Source: Gracilinanus agilis
Lineage: Eukaryota
Reading direction: 5' to 3'
Assembly: GCF_016433145.1 (NCBI RefSeq)
Contig: NC_058133.1
Coordinates: 33,147,527-33,211,526, forward strand
DNA: 64,000 nt
Within the stretch, counting starts at the first letter, position 1. Each line of letters begins with the position of its first letter. Below the pieces are notes generated by a model. That model saw only the letters and a list, made by a program, of their open reading frames with translations. It searched no databases and was not told the origin of the DNA. The translations under genes were made by a program, and so were the position numbers. Of this stretch, positions 32,282 through 45,149 are shown piece by piece.

Positions 32282-34827
32282 TGTATAATTCCTGTGTTTG
32301 TTTTGGTAGATAAATTCCAAAGTATTTCATATTGTCTAGAGTGATTTTAAATGGTGTTTCTCTTTCTACCTCTTGCTGCTGTGATTTTTTGGAAATATAT
32401 AGAAATGCTGATGATTTATGTGCATTTATTTTGTATCCTGCAACTTTGCTAAAGTTGTTGATTATTTCTACTAGTTTTTTAGTTGATTCTCTAGGATTTT
32501 TTAAGTAGACCATCATATCATCTGCAAAGAGTGATAGCTTAGTCTCCTCATTGCCTATTTTAATACCTTCAATTTCTTTTTCTTCTCTAATTGCTACTGC
32601 TAGTGTTTCTAGTACAATATTAAATAATAGAGGTGATAATGGGCATCTTTGTTTCACTCCTGATCTTATTGGAAAGGCTTCTAATTTATCCCCATTGCAT
32701 ATTATACTTATTGATGGTTTAAGATATATACTGTTTATTATTTTTAGGAAAGGACTTTCTAGTGTTTTCAGTAGGAATGGGTGTTGTATTTTGTCAAAGG
32801 CTTTTTCAGCATCTATTGAGATAATCATGTAGTTCCAAACAAGTAAAACTAGATCTAAACAATTGGAAAAACATTGAGTGCTCATGAGTAGGATGAGCTA
32901 ACATAATAAAAATGATCATTCTATCCAAATTAATTTACTTATTTAGTGCCATACCTATCAAACTACCAAAAACCTTTTTTACCGCATTAGAAAAAACTAT
33001 AACAAAGTTTATTTGGAAGAACAAAAGATCAAGAATATCAAGGGAAATAATGAAAAAAAAGCATGAAGGAAGGTGGCTTAGCAGTACCAGATATTAAGCT
33101 ATTCTATAAAGCAGTGGTCATCAAAACAATATGGTACAGGGGCAGCTGGGTAGCTCAGTAGAGTGAGAGTCAGGCCTAGAGACAGGAGGTCCTAGGTTCA
33201 AACCCGGCCTCAGCCACTTCCCAGCTGTGTGACCCTGGGCAAGTCACTTGACCCCCATTGCCCACCCTTACCAATCTTCCACCTATGAGACAATACACCA
33301 AAGTACAAGGGTTTAAAAAAAAATTAAAAAAAAAAAACAATATGGTACTGGCTAAGAGATAGAAGGGAGGATCAGTGGAATGGACTTGGGGTAAGTGACA
33401 TCAACAAAACAGTGTATGATAAACCCAAAGAGCCCAACTTTTGGGACAAAAATCCACTATTTGACAAAAACTGCTGGGAAAAGTGGAAAACAATATGGGA
33501 GAGATTAGGTTTAGATCAACATCTCACACCCTACACCAAGATAAATTCAGAATGGGTGAAAGACTTGAGTATAAAGAAGGAAACTGTAAGTAAATTAGGT
33601 GAACATAGAATAGTATACTTGTCAGATCTCTGGGAAAGGAAAGATTTTAAAACCAAGCAAGAGTTAGAGAAAAATTACAAAATGTAAAATAAATAATTTT
33701 GATTATATTAAATTAAAAAGGTTTTGTACAAACAAAAACAATGCAACCAAAATCAGAAGGGAAACAACGAACTGGGAAAAAATCTTTATAACAAAAAATT
33801 CTGACAGACGTCTAATTACTCAAATATACAAGGAGCTAAGTCAATTGTATAAAAAATCAAGCCATTCCCCAATTGATAAATGGGCAAGGGACATGAATAG
33901 GCAATTTTCAGATAAAGAAATCAAAAGTATCAATAAGCACATGAGAAAGTGTTCTAAATCTCTAATAGAGAAATGCAAATGAAAACAACTCTGAGGTACC
34001 ACCTCACACCTAGCAGATTGGCTAAAATGATAGCAGGGGAGAGTAATGAATGTTGGAGGGATGTGGCCAAATTGGGACATTAATGAACTGCTGGTGGAGT
34101 TGTGAACTGATCCAACCATTCTGGAGGGCAATTTGGAACTATGCCCAAAGAGTGATAAAAGAATGCCTGCCCTTTGATCCAGCCATACCATTGCTGGGAT
34201 TGTACCCCAAAGAGATCATAGATAAACAGACTTGTACAAAAATATTTATAGCTGTGCTCTTTGTGGTAGCAAAAAACTGGAAAGTGAGGGTATGTCCTTC
34301 ATTTGGGGAATGGCTGAACAAATTGTGGTATATGTTGGTGATGGAATACTATTGTGCTCAAAGGAATAATAGACTAGAGGAATTCCATGTGAACTGGAAA
34401 GACCTCCAGGAATTGATGCAGAGTGAAAGGAGCAGAGCTAGAAGAACATTGTACATAGAGACTGATACACTGTGGTAAAATTGAATGTAATAGACTTCTG
34501 TACTAGCAGCAATGCAATAACCCAAGACTCTTCTGAGGGATTTATGGAAAAGAACACTACCCACATTCAGAGGAAGAACTACAGGAGTGGAAACACAGCA
34601 GAAAAACAACTGCTTGAACACTTGGCTTGATGAGGACATGATTGGGGATGTAGACCAGAAAAGACCACACCAATGTAACTATCAATAATATGTAAATAAG
34701 TCTTGACTACAGGGGGGTGGGACACCAGGGTTGAGGGGTTGGTGAAGGGTAAAGTAAAAAACATGAATTATGTAAGCATGGAAAATTTTTCTAAAAATAA
34801 AAAATTATTAAAAAAAATAAAATAAAA
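32282..34827 (+). mobile_element. 5'-inverted L1 (inverted RT segment ~32282-32831, forward segment ~32832-34827)
   Basis: Minus-strand peptide [17 protein letters not shown]...[10 protein letters not shown]...FADDM...GYKIN...QELY; forward part resumes at [12 protein letters not shown] and runs to an A-tail; degenerate TSD TATTGTGT(G/A)TGAAAGG(T/C)TT at ~32264-32281 and ~34828-34847. Confidence 0.92.
33138..33333 (+). mobile_element. Very young CORE-SINE nested in the L1
   Basis: Full body and A-tail; perfect 15-bp TSD AAAACAATATGGTAC (33123-33137, 33334-33348) made of L1 sequence. Confidence 0.93.
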
Positions 34828-36299
34828 TATTGTGTATGAAAAGGCTTTTTTTTTTTTTTTCCCAATTAGGCCCCAAATTGCTTACTGGGAATCCCGTTTC
34901 CCAAGAGTTCCTTGTGTTCTTTGAGATCATGAAAAGAATTCTCCACTCAGCTGCTAAAGAGATAATCTTAAATCAGGGGTTGGTGAATGCTTTCCTCCCA
35001 ATAAATTCCAGTAGTTACCTATAATCTTCAGGATAAAACACAAACTCTGACTTCTTACTTGCCAGGCTCATTACATTTTCTCTTCATGTACTCTATGGTC
35101 TTGCCAAACTGACCATCTTGTTATCCTGTGAGGATGACCCTCTTGAGTCCCAAAAACATAGACTTGGAGGTTGGGTGGGATAGACTGAGGAAGACTATAT
35201 TAGTAATGCTTTTTAAAATATGGTAACAATTGGAAAGAGGTCAGTAAGAAGTAGTAGAATGCTAGATGCTGGACCTCAGGCAGAGGACCTGTATTTCCAG
35301 GTTCTGCCAGTAACTACTTGAGTGAAAGAAATCTCTGATAATTCCCTGCACATTTTTGGGTCTTAGTTTGCTCATTTATAAAATGAAGGGTTTGGACTGT
35401 GTAACTTTCAAAGAGCTTTCTATCTCTCTCCTTATTCTCAGACCATCTTCTCATGAACAGTTTTGCTATCTAATCCAGTTTTGGAACCATAAAGACTGGA
35501 TAGGACAGAGACTGGACCACCTGCAAATTTATTGGTACAAGAACTTCTATATGAGGAAATTCCCTTTGCCAATGTAGGTCAACATCTTTTCTCCAACTTA
35601 TAGACATAAAGAATGGTTGTGAGCACCAAGAAGTTAAGCAAGTTGCTTAGGGACACAGATAGTATGTCAGAAATGGGACTTGAACTTGAGGTCTTCTTTG
35701 GTTTCCAGGTCAAAGGTTTTTAATAATGAACTATTCACCACCTCAGGGAGAGAGGGAGGAAGAAAATCTGAATTTTAAAATGTCAGATAAAATTGTCAAA
35801 AATTGTTTCCCCATGTAACTCAAAAAATTGGGAAATAAAAAAGAATGAACTTGTTAAAACATTTTTTTCTGATTACTGTATTTCAATTAAGTTAGTTTCT
35901 TTTGAAATCCTATAATTTTTATTAAAAACATAATTTTGAGAAGAGAAATCATGGGTTTCACCTGACTGCTCAGGGACAAGGACCAAAGAAGGGTGAAAAA
36001 CCCCTAGGCTGAGCCATGCTGAGATCATGATCACTGTCCCTGGTTGGGTTGGATCAACCTGTCTTCTATGGCTGCACTCATCTTCCCTGTATGTAACTCA
36101 GTGGACCACCAGGCCTTTTCCAAGCCACATGTGTTGTCTGCCCCAATAGGGTGGAAGCTTCTTGAAGGCGGGTTGTATTTCTCAGGGGCTCAGCCCAGGG
36201 TTTAGGCTGAGTTAAACGCTTAGTAACTCTTTTCTTCCAGCCATCCCTACGAAGATCCTGGCGCTTCAATCACTTACAGCTCGAGCTGGGGGAGTGCCA

Positions 36300-37120
36300 G
36301 GGAATTTGGGGAACTCTAGCCGCCTTTGGCTCCCAGCTTTCACCAAAAACTCACCAGAAGCCTTAGGAAATCGTATTCCCCGCGCCGCTTTGCCAATTGG
36401 CTTTATGAAACGTCAATTAACTGGCTTCCCGCAGTTGATTGGCCTACCTCTGTGTTTACCCCCGCCCTCTGGGGGTTCGGCGGGGCCTGGAATGCATAGC
36501 TCCTCAGTTAATTCTCAACCCGCCTCCACTGTTTATGCCTTGGCTTCTTGCCTATTGGTCCCCGGGTCTGTCGGAGTTAGTGTTCCCGGCTGTTCATTGG
36601 CTCTGATATCTTTTCGTCCGGCCCTCCAGACCACGTGGACGCACAGGCCAATGAGGCATCCGAGCTTCCGGAGAGCCGCCGTGGGTTGGCTAGCCCGGGG
36701 GAGGGGAGCTATGGGGGGGCGGAGCTGAGGCCCCGCCCCCATCTTCTCAGCCCGGTGGCCGGCGGGGAGGGCGCCTCAGTCGTTCGCGGCTGTCGAGCCC
36801 CGAGGACGCGGCCCCAGGTGGGGCAGCGGCCTGGCTCCGGCCTGGGAAAAGGAACAGCAACGGGGACAGGGACATGGCCGCCGCCGCCTGGTCCGCAGCG
36901 CCCCCACTGCCTGTGCCAGGGACTCGGACCACCGCCGCCACCGCGGCCGGGGGCTGAAGACTATGAGCCCTGCGCCCGAGCTGTCAGGCCCCGCTCCGGC
37001 CCGCAGCTGCAGTCGCTGCCCTAGCCTCAGGTGAGCCGCCCAGAGTCTCCTGCCCCTCCTCCCCTCAGGCTCCGCCCTCACGGCTTCCCTGCCGCATGTC
37101 CTACCCCCGAGACACGCCCC
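36300..37120 (+). promoter_or_regulatory. TESK2: CpG island / TATA-less promoter of TESK2
   Basis: CCAAT boxes at 36393-36400 (two overlapping), 36438, 36554, 36596, 36648; E-box CCACGTGG 36631-36638; several GC boxes. Confidence 0.8.
36760..37030 (+). other. TESK2: TESK2 noncoding exon 1 (start approximate)
   Basis: GC-rich segment ending in strong donor CAG|GTGAGC (GT at 37031); nearest CpG island upstream of the TESK2 start exon. Confidence 0.7.
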
Positions 37121-38927
37121 CTCCCTACGCCCCGCCCTTGGGCTCTTCCCACTAGTGGAAATGGGGGGAATCTCCTTGCCACATTCTTAGGGCTCCCTCT
37201 CCTCCCCCCGTAGGACCTTCCCCTAGAGGCGTCTCCCCCAGAGGCCACGCCCCCTCAATAATGCCCGGCCCTCAAGAGCTTCATTCTTGTGGAGGGGGGT
37301 CCGTCTTCCTACCTCCCAGACCCTGATCCCTGTCCCCTCAAGGCCAGACTCTGAGATTTCTCCCTCCTCCCAGAGCCCTCTTCCTGCACCCCAATTCAGG
37401 ATTTAGGATTTACCTAAAGGAGGAGGGGTAACCCCCAACTTTCAGAGAACTGCCCTTCTCAGAAGGGTCCTTCCCCTCTACTAGAGTCTTCTTAGGCCAC
37501 CTCCCAACCCCACATTTCTCACTTCCAATCTGAGTCCTCTCTCCCCCTGGGATCCCTTGTTTTACCTCATCCCAATCCCCTTCCCCTCAACTTCCCTTGC
37601 GTCAGACCCCTTCCTCCCCCGACTAAATCTAAGGGATTTCCTCTCCTTTTTCTTACCTTTTCTCTGTTCTTAAAGTATCTTAAAGTATCCTTTCCCCCCA
37701 TAACCTCATTGCTGCTGTAACTTCCTTTAGCCCTTCTTCCTTCCTACTTCGAAGGAACTTTCCCCCCATTGCCACGTTTATCTTCCTTTCTCTCTCTCCA
37801 ACTCCTTAAGTTGATTCCAGAGTATCCCCTTTCCACCCTCCAGATCCTCCACTTCTCACAAAGGCATCTTTGGAGACCCCTTGGCTTTCCTTACACCTTG
37901 GGTGCTGGTTCTGTTTCATGCCTTTTCTCCTGGTTACCTATCACTTCATTGTCTGTCTGATCTAGGATCTCACTTGTATTTCCCATTTCCTGAGTAGTTC
38001 TTCCCTCCCCTACCCCTCTAGAAACTAGACATTCTCATCATCTTTACATTTCCATGATTCTGAGAGATCCCCTACCTGCCCTTTGGAGATTTTTGCATTT
38101 GGGACTGCCTCTCTCCCATTTTGGCGTAGAGAATTCCTCTTTCTCCATTAGAGAATTCCTCTCTCCATTTCTCACTGCCTTCCACTAGATTTTTGAGGTG
38201 GAGATTCCCTTTTTACACCATGGCCCTTAGCAGGTTTTGTTTAGTTGAATTCTTCTAGTTATTCAATAAAAGGGACTTTGCTGATCCTGGGGGATACCAA
38301 GATGCAAAATAATCCAAACAAACTCTGTCTGAAGGAGCTGGTGGTTTAATTGAGCTGGGGGAGCTGAAATTCATATGGTTTCCTAGAATAGAGTAGTTTA
38401 GGTAAAGCCAAGAGCTAACAAGACTCTCCAACTTGGCCTTTGGGGAGGCTTCAAAAAGTAGGGAGAGAGTGAAATCCACAGTACTTGAGATTGGCTAGTG
38501 CTGCATAAAGAATAGGGTTGGATAGATGTGCTGTTGGATGGACACCCTCTGAGAACTGAACATCTCTGGTCTCAAAGCAGAATGGATTGATTCTTGGCTG
38601 AGAGGTGTTATATGGGTCTAGCATTCCCAGGGTACTGTGGCTCAGCAGCTGGGGAAAAGCTTCCTTTCAAGAAGGTTGATCTGTCCATGCCTTAAGATTT
38701 CTGAGAGGCCATGAGATGTGGAATAGAAAGAGCTCTAGACTAGTATTTAGACTTGGGCAATTTGCCTAATCTTTGAACTGTAGTTTACTAGTTTGAAAAA
38801 TGGGGATGGATGACCTGTGCCCTGTGTGCTATACAATGCTCTTGAATGAATTGCATGAGATAATGTGAAAGTATGAGGAAAGCCATAAACAACTTTCTGC
38901 ATGTAAAGTTGTTATTGGGGTGGGGTG

Positions 38928-39365
38928 GGGCAGGTAGGTGGCTCAGTGGGTAGAAAGCCAGACCTAGGGACAGAAGGACCTGCATTCAAATGTGACCATA
39001 GATACTTCTGAGCTATGTGACCCTGGGCAAGTCACTTAACCCTAATTGCTTAGGCCTTACTGTTTTTTTTGCCTTTGAACCAATGCTTAGTATTTAAAAA
39101 AAAAAAAAAGTGTTATTGGGGTAGCAAGGTGGTGTAGTGGATAGAGTACTGGGGCCTGGAGTTAAGAAGGCTTGAGTTCAAATTCAATCTCAAATACTTG
39201 CTAGCCATGTGATCTTGAGCAAGTCACTTAATTCTGTTGGCTTCAGTTTTTTCATCTATAAGATGAGCTGAAGAAGGAATTGGCAAATCGCTCCAATATC
39301 TTGCCAAGAAAACTCCAAACTTGGAGAGTCAGATATGATTGAAACAATTGAACATCAAAAACAAC
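38928..39365 (+). mobile_element. Tandem SINE1-like (~38928-39108) and Mar1-like (~39118-39365) SINEs
   Basis: CORE-SINE bodies; the second has the GAAGAAGGAATTGGCAAATCGCTCCAATATCTT tail. Confidence 0.7.
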
Positions 39366-41750
39366 AAAATGTTATTAATCTTCCTTCCTTCCTAGAATGA
39401 GTTCTTGTCATTTTTCTCTTTCAAAGCAAACAAAACAACTAATTTCAGTATGGTGTGAAAGAATTTTCTGTGACGTGGAAAACCAAGAGAGATTTTTGAA
39501 AAAGAAACACTCTTGCATTTCATTCTTTGTGTTCCTGTTTTAAAATGCTCTGTAACTAAGTGTGTGCATTTATAAAGTAACTGATAATGTAGTCACCAAT
39601 GAGGGATAGCATGACCTTGGGGCTAATTTTTGTTCTGAACATAGAATTTTTCAAAACCTGAGTTGTAGGAATCCTGAAACAGTTTTGAACGTAGAGCTTT
39701 TGCTACTGTGCTCTGGTATGTATCCATAAGAAGAACCTACCTTAATCTGCCTTACTCACTATCTCTAGCAAACTCTTTGAACTTTGACTCGTAAAAGGGG
39801 CAGCTTATTTTTTTTTTCTTCTAAAAAAGGAGAGGTATCTTGTACATGTGGATATTCAGTATGTGGATGCAATATGTGTTGGATGTAGGTTTGCCCAGTT
39901 TTGTAGTGGGAAGTTTGAGCTTTGGCAGAGTTTCTCAGAAAGAAAATTTATATGTCCTAAGATGAATCCCTGTGGCTTTAATCTGATTTCCTGGGCACAC
40001 CGAGAAAATAAAAAATCTACTGACCTTCAGGCTGCCCAGGGAAAAAATAACTAATGCCAGAGTGAAACTGCTTTGTTAATCTTCTGGTGAACTGGAAAAA
40101 TGACAGATCAGCAGAATGAGCACTTAGGAATAAATCTCTTCCTCATTTCATATTCTAGTAAACATTTCTTAGATTCTTCACTGTCAGCATTCTATACCTT
40201 TATGGTGCTTCTCCTTTAATATGTGACAACGTATGATGAGTCAGTTTAATACTGCAATAGAGATATTGATTTGAGGAATTTCATGACTTAAAAGGGATTG
40301 CAAACCCCATTTAAGATAAAATTTTGGACTTACATTCTTTTTGTTACAATTGAATGTTGAATGAACTTAGCCATTTCATCTTACATCTTATTATAAGGTT
40401 ATCCATCTCCTTGCTCAAGTATCTTACACAGTAATGTGTCTGAGCTCAGAGCAGTTACTTCTCACTTCTTTCTCAATGGCATGGAGCATTTTGTTTCTCC
40501 ATGGTAAACAGGGTTAAATTGAATGAATTTGTGTAAATGTAATAAGTGAATTTAATGAATTGACTACTTAATTGAGTGACCCAATTTCTCTTAAGATTAC
40601 AGTCTATATTTTTTACAGTCTAAATTTTATAGTCTAAAATTTATAGCCTAGAAGCATCATTTTTTATCTTCTTTTTTTAAACTCTTGCCTTCTGCCTTAG
40701 TCTAAATTCTAAGGAGAAAAGTGGCAAGGCCTAGTAATTGGGGTTAAGTGACTTACCCAGAATCAGATAGCTAGATAGTTTCTAAGACCAGATTTAAACT
40801 GAGGTCCTTCTGACTCCATGCCTGGTACTCTAAACATTGCACTACCTAGCCATCCTGATTCTTAAAACTTTCATCGTATTTTACTACTGATTTTTTAATA
40901 TTGTCACTAAGATAAAATTTTTCCTATTTATTCTTAGTCACATTGCTGATAGACTCCCTAGTGTTTCCTCTGATTTCCCTCCTCCAACCCCTTCTTCTTT
41001 TTCTGCATGTGATTTAATCATTATAGAGAATGTTGTAACTTACCCATGGTCACAGCTCTTAAATGTCAGAATCAGGACTAGAATCCAGGTCTTCCTGAAT
41101 CCAAGAGTAGCTTTGTTTACTTTACCAGGCTGGCCACCCAGTTCTTTTATACTTAAATTAATTAGCAAATATTTATTGAGAACCTACTGAAGGGCTTGTC
41201 ACATGATATAGTTATTTCAGGAAGGAACTTACAGTCTCTGTAAGAAGATAAAACTCAATTAATTGATCTTTTTGTTGCTACCTCATTTCTGTGAGCCAGA
41301 CTGTAACTCATTCTTGCCTTCTCATTCTGTGCCATTCCTGTCCATGTTCTCCCATAAAACCTCCATAGAGCACTGGAGACTTCTCAAAGGTAGAGAAGGA
41401 TACGTTATTTTGTTTCATTGGGCATCCTTTACGCCCTACCTTGGGCACTTAGTCTGGAGAAGCTTAGGCACCTTTTCCCAGACTCATGGTTTAAAATGCT
41501 TAAGATAAATTACATGGGATTTCAAGGTAAACCAAACATATTGGAATACAGCAATCTAAATGTTAAAAAGCCAAACAGATTCACAGACCCCTGGTTAAGA
41601 ACACCTGTTCTGTGTGCTGCCTCCTTTTCCAATTACATATTCTTGAATGGCATCTTTTATGGTAGGAAAGGGAGTAGTGGAGAGAGCTGATGTCTTAGGT
41701 TGACCTGGACTAAAGTTCTGCCTCTGACCCTGGCCAAAGTTCTTAATTTC

Positions 41751-41955
41751 TTTTTTTATTTTATTTTATTTTATTTTTTAAACCCTTAACTTCTGTGTAT
41801 TGGCTTATAGATGGAAGAGTGGTAAGGGTGGGCAATGGGGGTTAAGTGACTTGCCCAGGGTCACACAGCTGGGAAGTGTCTGAGGCCAGATTTGAACCCA
41901 GGACCTCCCGTCTCTAGGTCTGACTCTCAATCCACTGAGCTACCCAGCTGTCCCC
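41751..41955 (-). mobile_element. Young CORE-SINE (SINE1_Mdo-like)
   Basis: Reverse-complement full body; TSD AA(A/G)GTTCTTAATTTC on both sides. Confidence 0.9.
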
Positions 41956-43157
41956 AAGGTTCTTAATTTCTCACAGTATCCTGAGAACTTGAAGACTCTA
42001 AGCTACAGAACAGGTGCTAGTGGGCATTGGTAGGTGTTTCCTCACCCAAGGAATTTACTACACTGGGAAACCACAGATTCAGATGAAATGAAAAATATAT
42101 TTTATGCTACTTGAGTTCAACAATTGTTGGTGATGTGTTTACAGTTTATGTAAGTCAACTTTGTATCTTTCCATTGGTCTTTGGGTCATTTGCAATTTTA
42201 TTGTGAATGGAAATTGTTTCATGAGGCACAACTATGTATCTCATTGCTAGATTAGAAAGATGAGTTTTGGGGACCGGAGCAGCTTGGGATATTGGTTTTC
42301 AAAGTACTTTTCCAAATAAGATCCAGCCCATAGTCTCATCCAATTCTGGGCCCAGCTCATGTTTCCTTGTCCAAGGCAGGATGAAGGTGATGGACTAACT
42401 CAATGGTTTGCTCATTCAACTGTATATCATAGACTTAGAATTAGAGCTTTTTCATCCATCTGTTTTTTCCTTTGTGGATTTTTATGCAAATTCCTTCTTA
42501 GAGATTAGGGATCTCATTTAGGAGGTACTCTAGTAGTCTAGTAGATGCAATTGACACAATGTCATTGACAGACAGGAATATTTGGAAAACCTTGCCACTT
42601 CTTGGGAATCCCTCTTCTATTTGAAATGTGCCTAGGACTTCCTCCAGAACAGTAGTCCACATCTTTGTCCTCAACTTCACTTAATATTGACAATTAGAGG
42701 ATTATTGAACAAAATTATCTCAGATACATTTATAAAGAAATTATAGGATCATAGCATTAGAATTGGAATGGACCTCAGAGGCTGTCTAAGCTAGTCTTTT
42801 CATTTAACAGATAAGGAAACTGAGACCCAGGGAGGTTTAGTAACTTGTCTGTGGGCATGCAGGAAATTTCAGAGGTAGGATTTGAGCCCAAGATCTCCGA
42901 CTTTAGAGGCAAGGTTCTTCCTGCTAAATTGTAGTGACTTGTATTCTTTGTGTAGCTTTAACTTGTAAGATGCCTTCTGGACAGAGAGTTTTGCTTTACA
43001 GACCTCAAATGCTTTTTTTATAATCAATAAATGCATTGTGATCTTGTGTTCTTTGTACCATTCAGTTGTGTGACTGAAGATATGACCTGCTATGGAAGGT
43101 TGTGTGGGGAACTTTTGTCATATTTTCATTAAGGACACCTTTGATAAATATGTAGAG

Positions 43158-43325
43158 CAGGGGTTGGCAACGTATGGGTCTTTCTACAGGAGCCATAAAG
43201 TCCATTTTTTTTTCAGGCACTGTTACAGGAGTGGCACTGTGAACACTGTACGGCTCTCATGAAATTACATTTTAAAAAATGTGGTGTTTTGTGGCTCTCA
43301 CGACCAAAAAGGTTGCTGACCCCTG
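43158..43325. mobile_element. Non-autonomous hAT MITE, second family, 168 bp
   Basis: TIR CAGGGGTTGGCAAC / GTTGCTGACCCCTG; perfect 8-bp TSD ATGTAGAG (43150-43157, 43326-43333). Confidence 0.9.
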
Positions 43326-44016
43326 ATGTAGAGGCTTCTCATAAAATTTTTATAAGGAGATGGAAAGTAGATATGTGGGTTGGTAATTAATTACTGATGC
43401 CCTATTGACTGATATTTTGAGTAAGATCTGGTATGACTTTGTCCTTCTGAGCAAAATAGAATAAATTGAATCCCCTTTCACATTGTATACCTTCAAATAT
43501 TTCAGCATAGCTGTCATGCCTCCCTTGAACCTTTTCTTCTTCAGGTAACACACCCGATTCCCTTAATCTGTCCTATATATCATGGACTAAGGACATTTCA
43601 CCATTTTGGTTGCCCTTCTCAAGATACTCTCTAGTTTATTAGTGTCCTTTAAAATTTACCCTCCCTTATATTTCATTTCTGCCCTGTTACAGACTTGTAT
43701 AGTCAAGAAAAACACATTTCTGAATTTGCAAAAGGAAACTATATGTGTAATATATACATATACATATATGTTAACAAATATATGTATATGCATGTATGTA
43801 TATACCTCTTAACTCTCATGATTGGTCATTAGAGTGGTCAGAGTTCCAAGTCTTTCAAAGTTGTTTACTAGAATATTATTGTTATTGTATAACATTGTTC
43901 TCTTGGTTTTGCTTACTTCACTCTGCATCAATATATTTAAGTTTTCCCAATTTTCTCTGAAACCATTCCCATCATCATTTCTTAGAGTACAGTGACACTC
44001 TCATCACATCGGTACA

Positions 44017-44336
44017 CCACAACCTGTTCAGCTATTTCCCAACTGATGGGCATCCCTTTGAAGAGATTCCCATTCTTGTCTACTTCAAAAAGAGTTATAA
44101 ATGTTTTTGTATATTCTTAGTTTATTTTGCTTAGGACTAATCCTTGCCATAATCTACCCTTCCTCTAATTCTTCTTCCACAACCTGTTCAGCTATTTCCC
44201 AACTGATGGGCATCCCTTTGAAGAGATTCCCATTCTTGTCTACCTCAAAAAGAGTTATAAATGTTTTTGTATATTCTTAGTTTGTTTTGCTTAGGACTAA
44301 TCCTTGCCATAATCTACCCTTCCTCTTATTCTTCTT
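44017..44336. repeat. Direct tandem duplication, 2 x 160 bp
   Basis: 44017-44176 and 44177-44336 differ at 3 positions by eye. Confidence 0.95.
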
Positions 44337-45149
44337 CCTCTTTTCGTTTTTTTCCCCCTGTTGAGTAAAATGTAGTTCTATACCTCTTTGGGTGTGTATA
44401 CATGCACCCATATCTGGGTTCTTTAGTGCTTTAACCTATTCAGGTGAGCATGAGGTTCAAGAGTCAGCTGCTTTCCCATCTGATTTTTTTTTTTTTTTGT
44501 ATAGACTACTACTAGTAGAATCTGATTACATGAGATAATTTTTTCCAACTTTCCCTTCTCCCTTATCAGTGCATTTCTCTTTTCTTCTCATCCTTTAAAA
44601 AATATCATTAATACATAAGAGAACCATGCCTAGGCCTTTTGATCTCTGTGATTCCTGATGATAATGAAGTTCAGAGGAGACATATGTGTCATTTCCCCAT
44701 GTTAGAATGTAAGCAGCTTATCCTTATTTAGTCCTTTATCATTGTTAGTGTATATCTTATGTTTCTTTTCACTTCTGTTTTTGTACTTTAGAGTTTGTGT
44801 AGTTCTGTTCTTTTACTAGAAATGTTTGGAATTCTGCTATTTCCTTAAAGATCCATTTTCTCTCCTTTAGGATTATACTTAGTTTTGCTTGGTAAGTTAT
44901 TTTTGGCTCTGTTTATATTCTTTGCTTTCAGAAATCACACAGTCTAAGCTATCTGATCTTTTATAGTGGATGTTGCTAAACTATATATGATCCTGACTGT
45001 GGCTCCTCGGACTCTTGAAAAAAATTTTTTTGTGTGTGCCTGTAGTATTTTTGCTTTGGCTTGGAAGCCCTGGATTTTGGCTGTAATGTTCCTGGGAGTT
45101 TTCATTTTGGAATTTTTTTTTTCAGAAGGTGATTGATGGATTCTTTCTA

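Noticed and set aside
32220-32885. 221-aa reverse transcriptase ORF as a possible active or domesticated RT
   Set aside because: Partial inverted fragment of a dead L1, with an internal deletion and no own start or promoter
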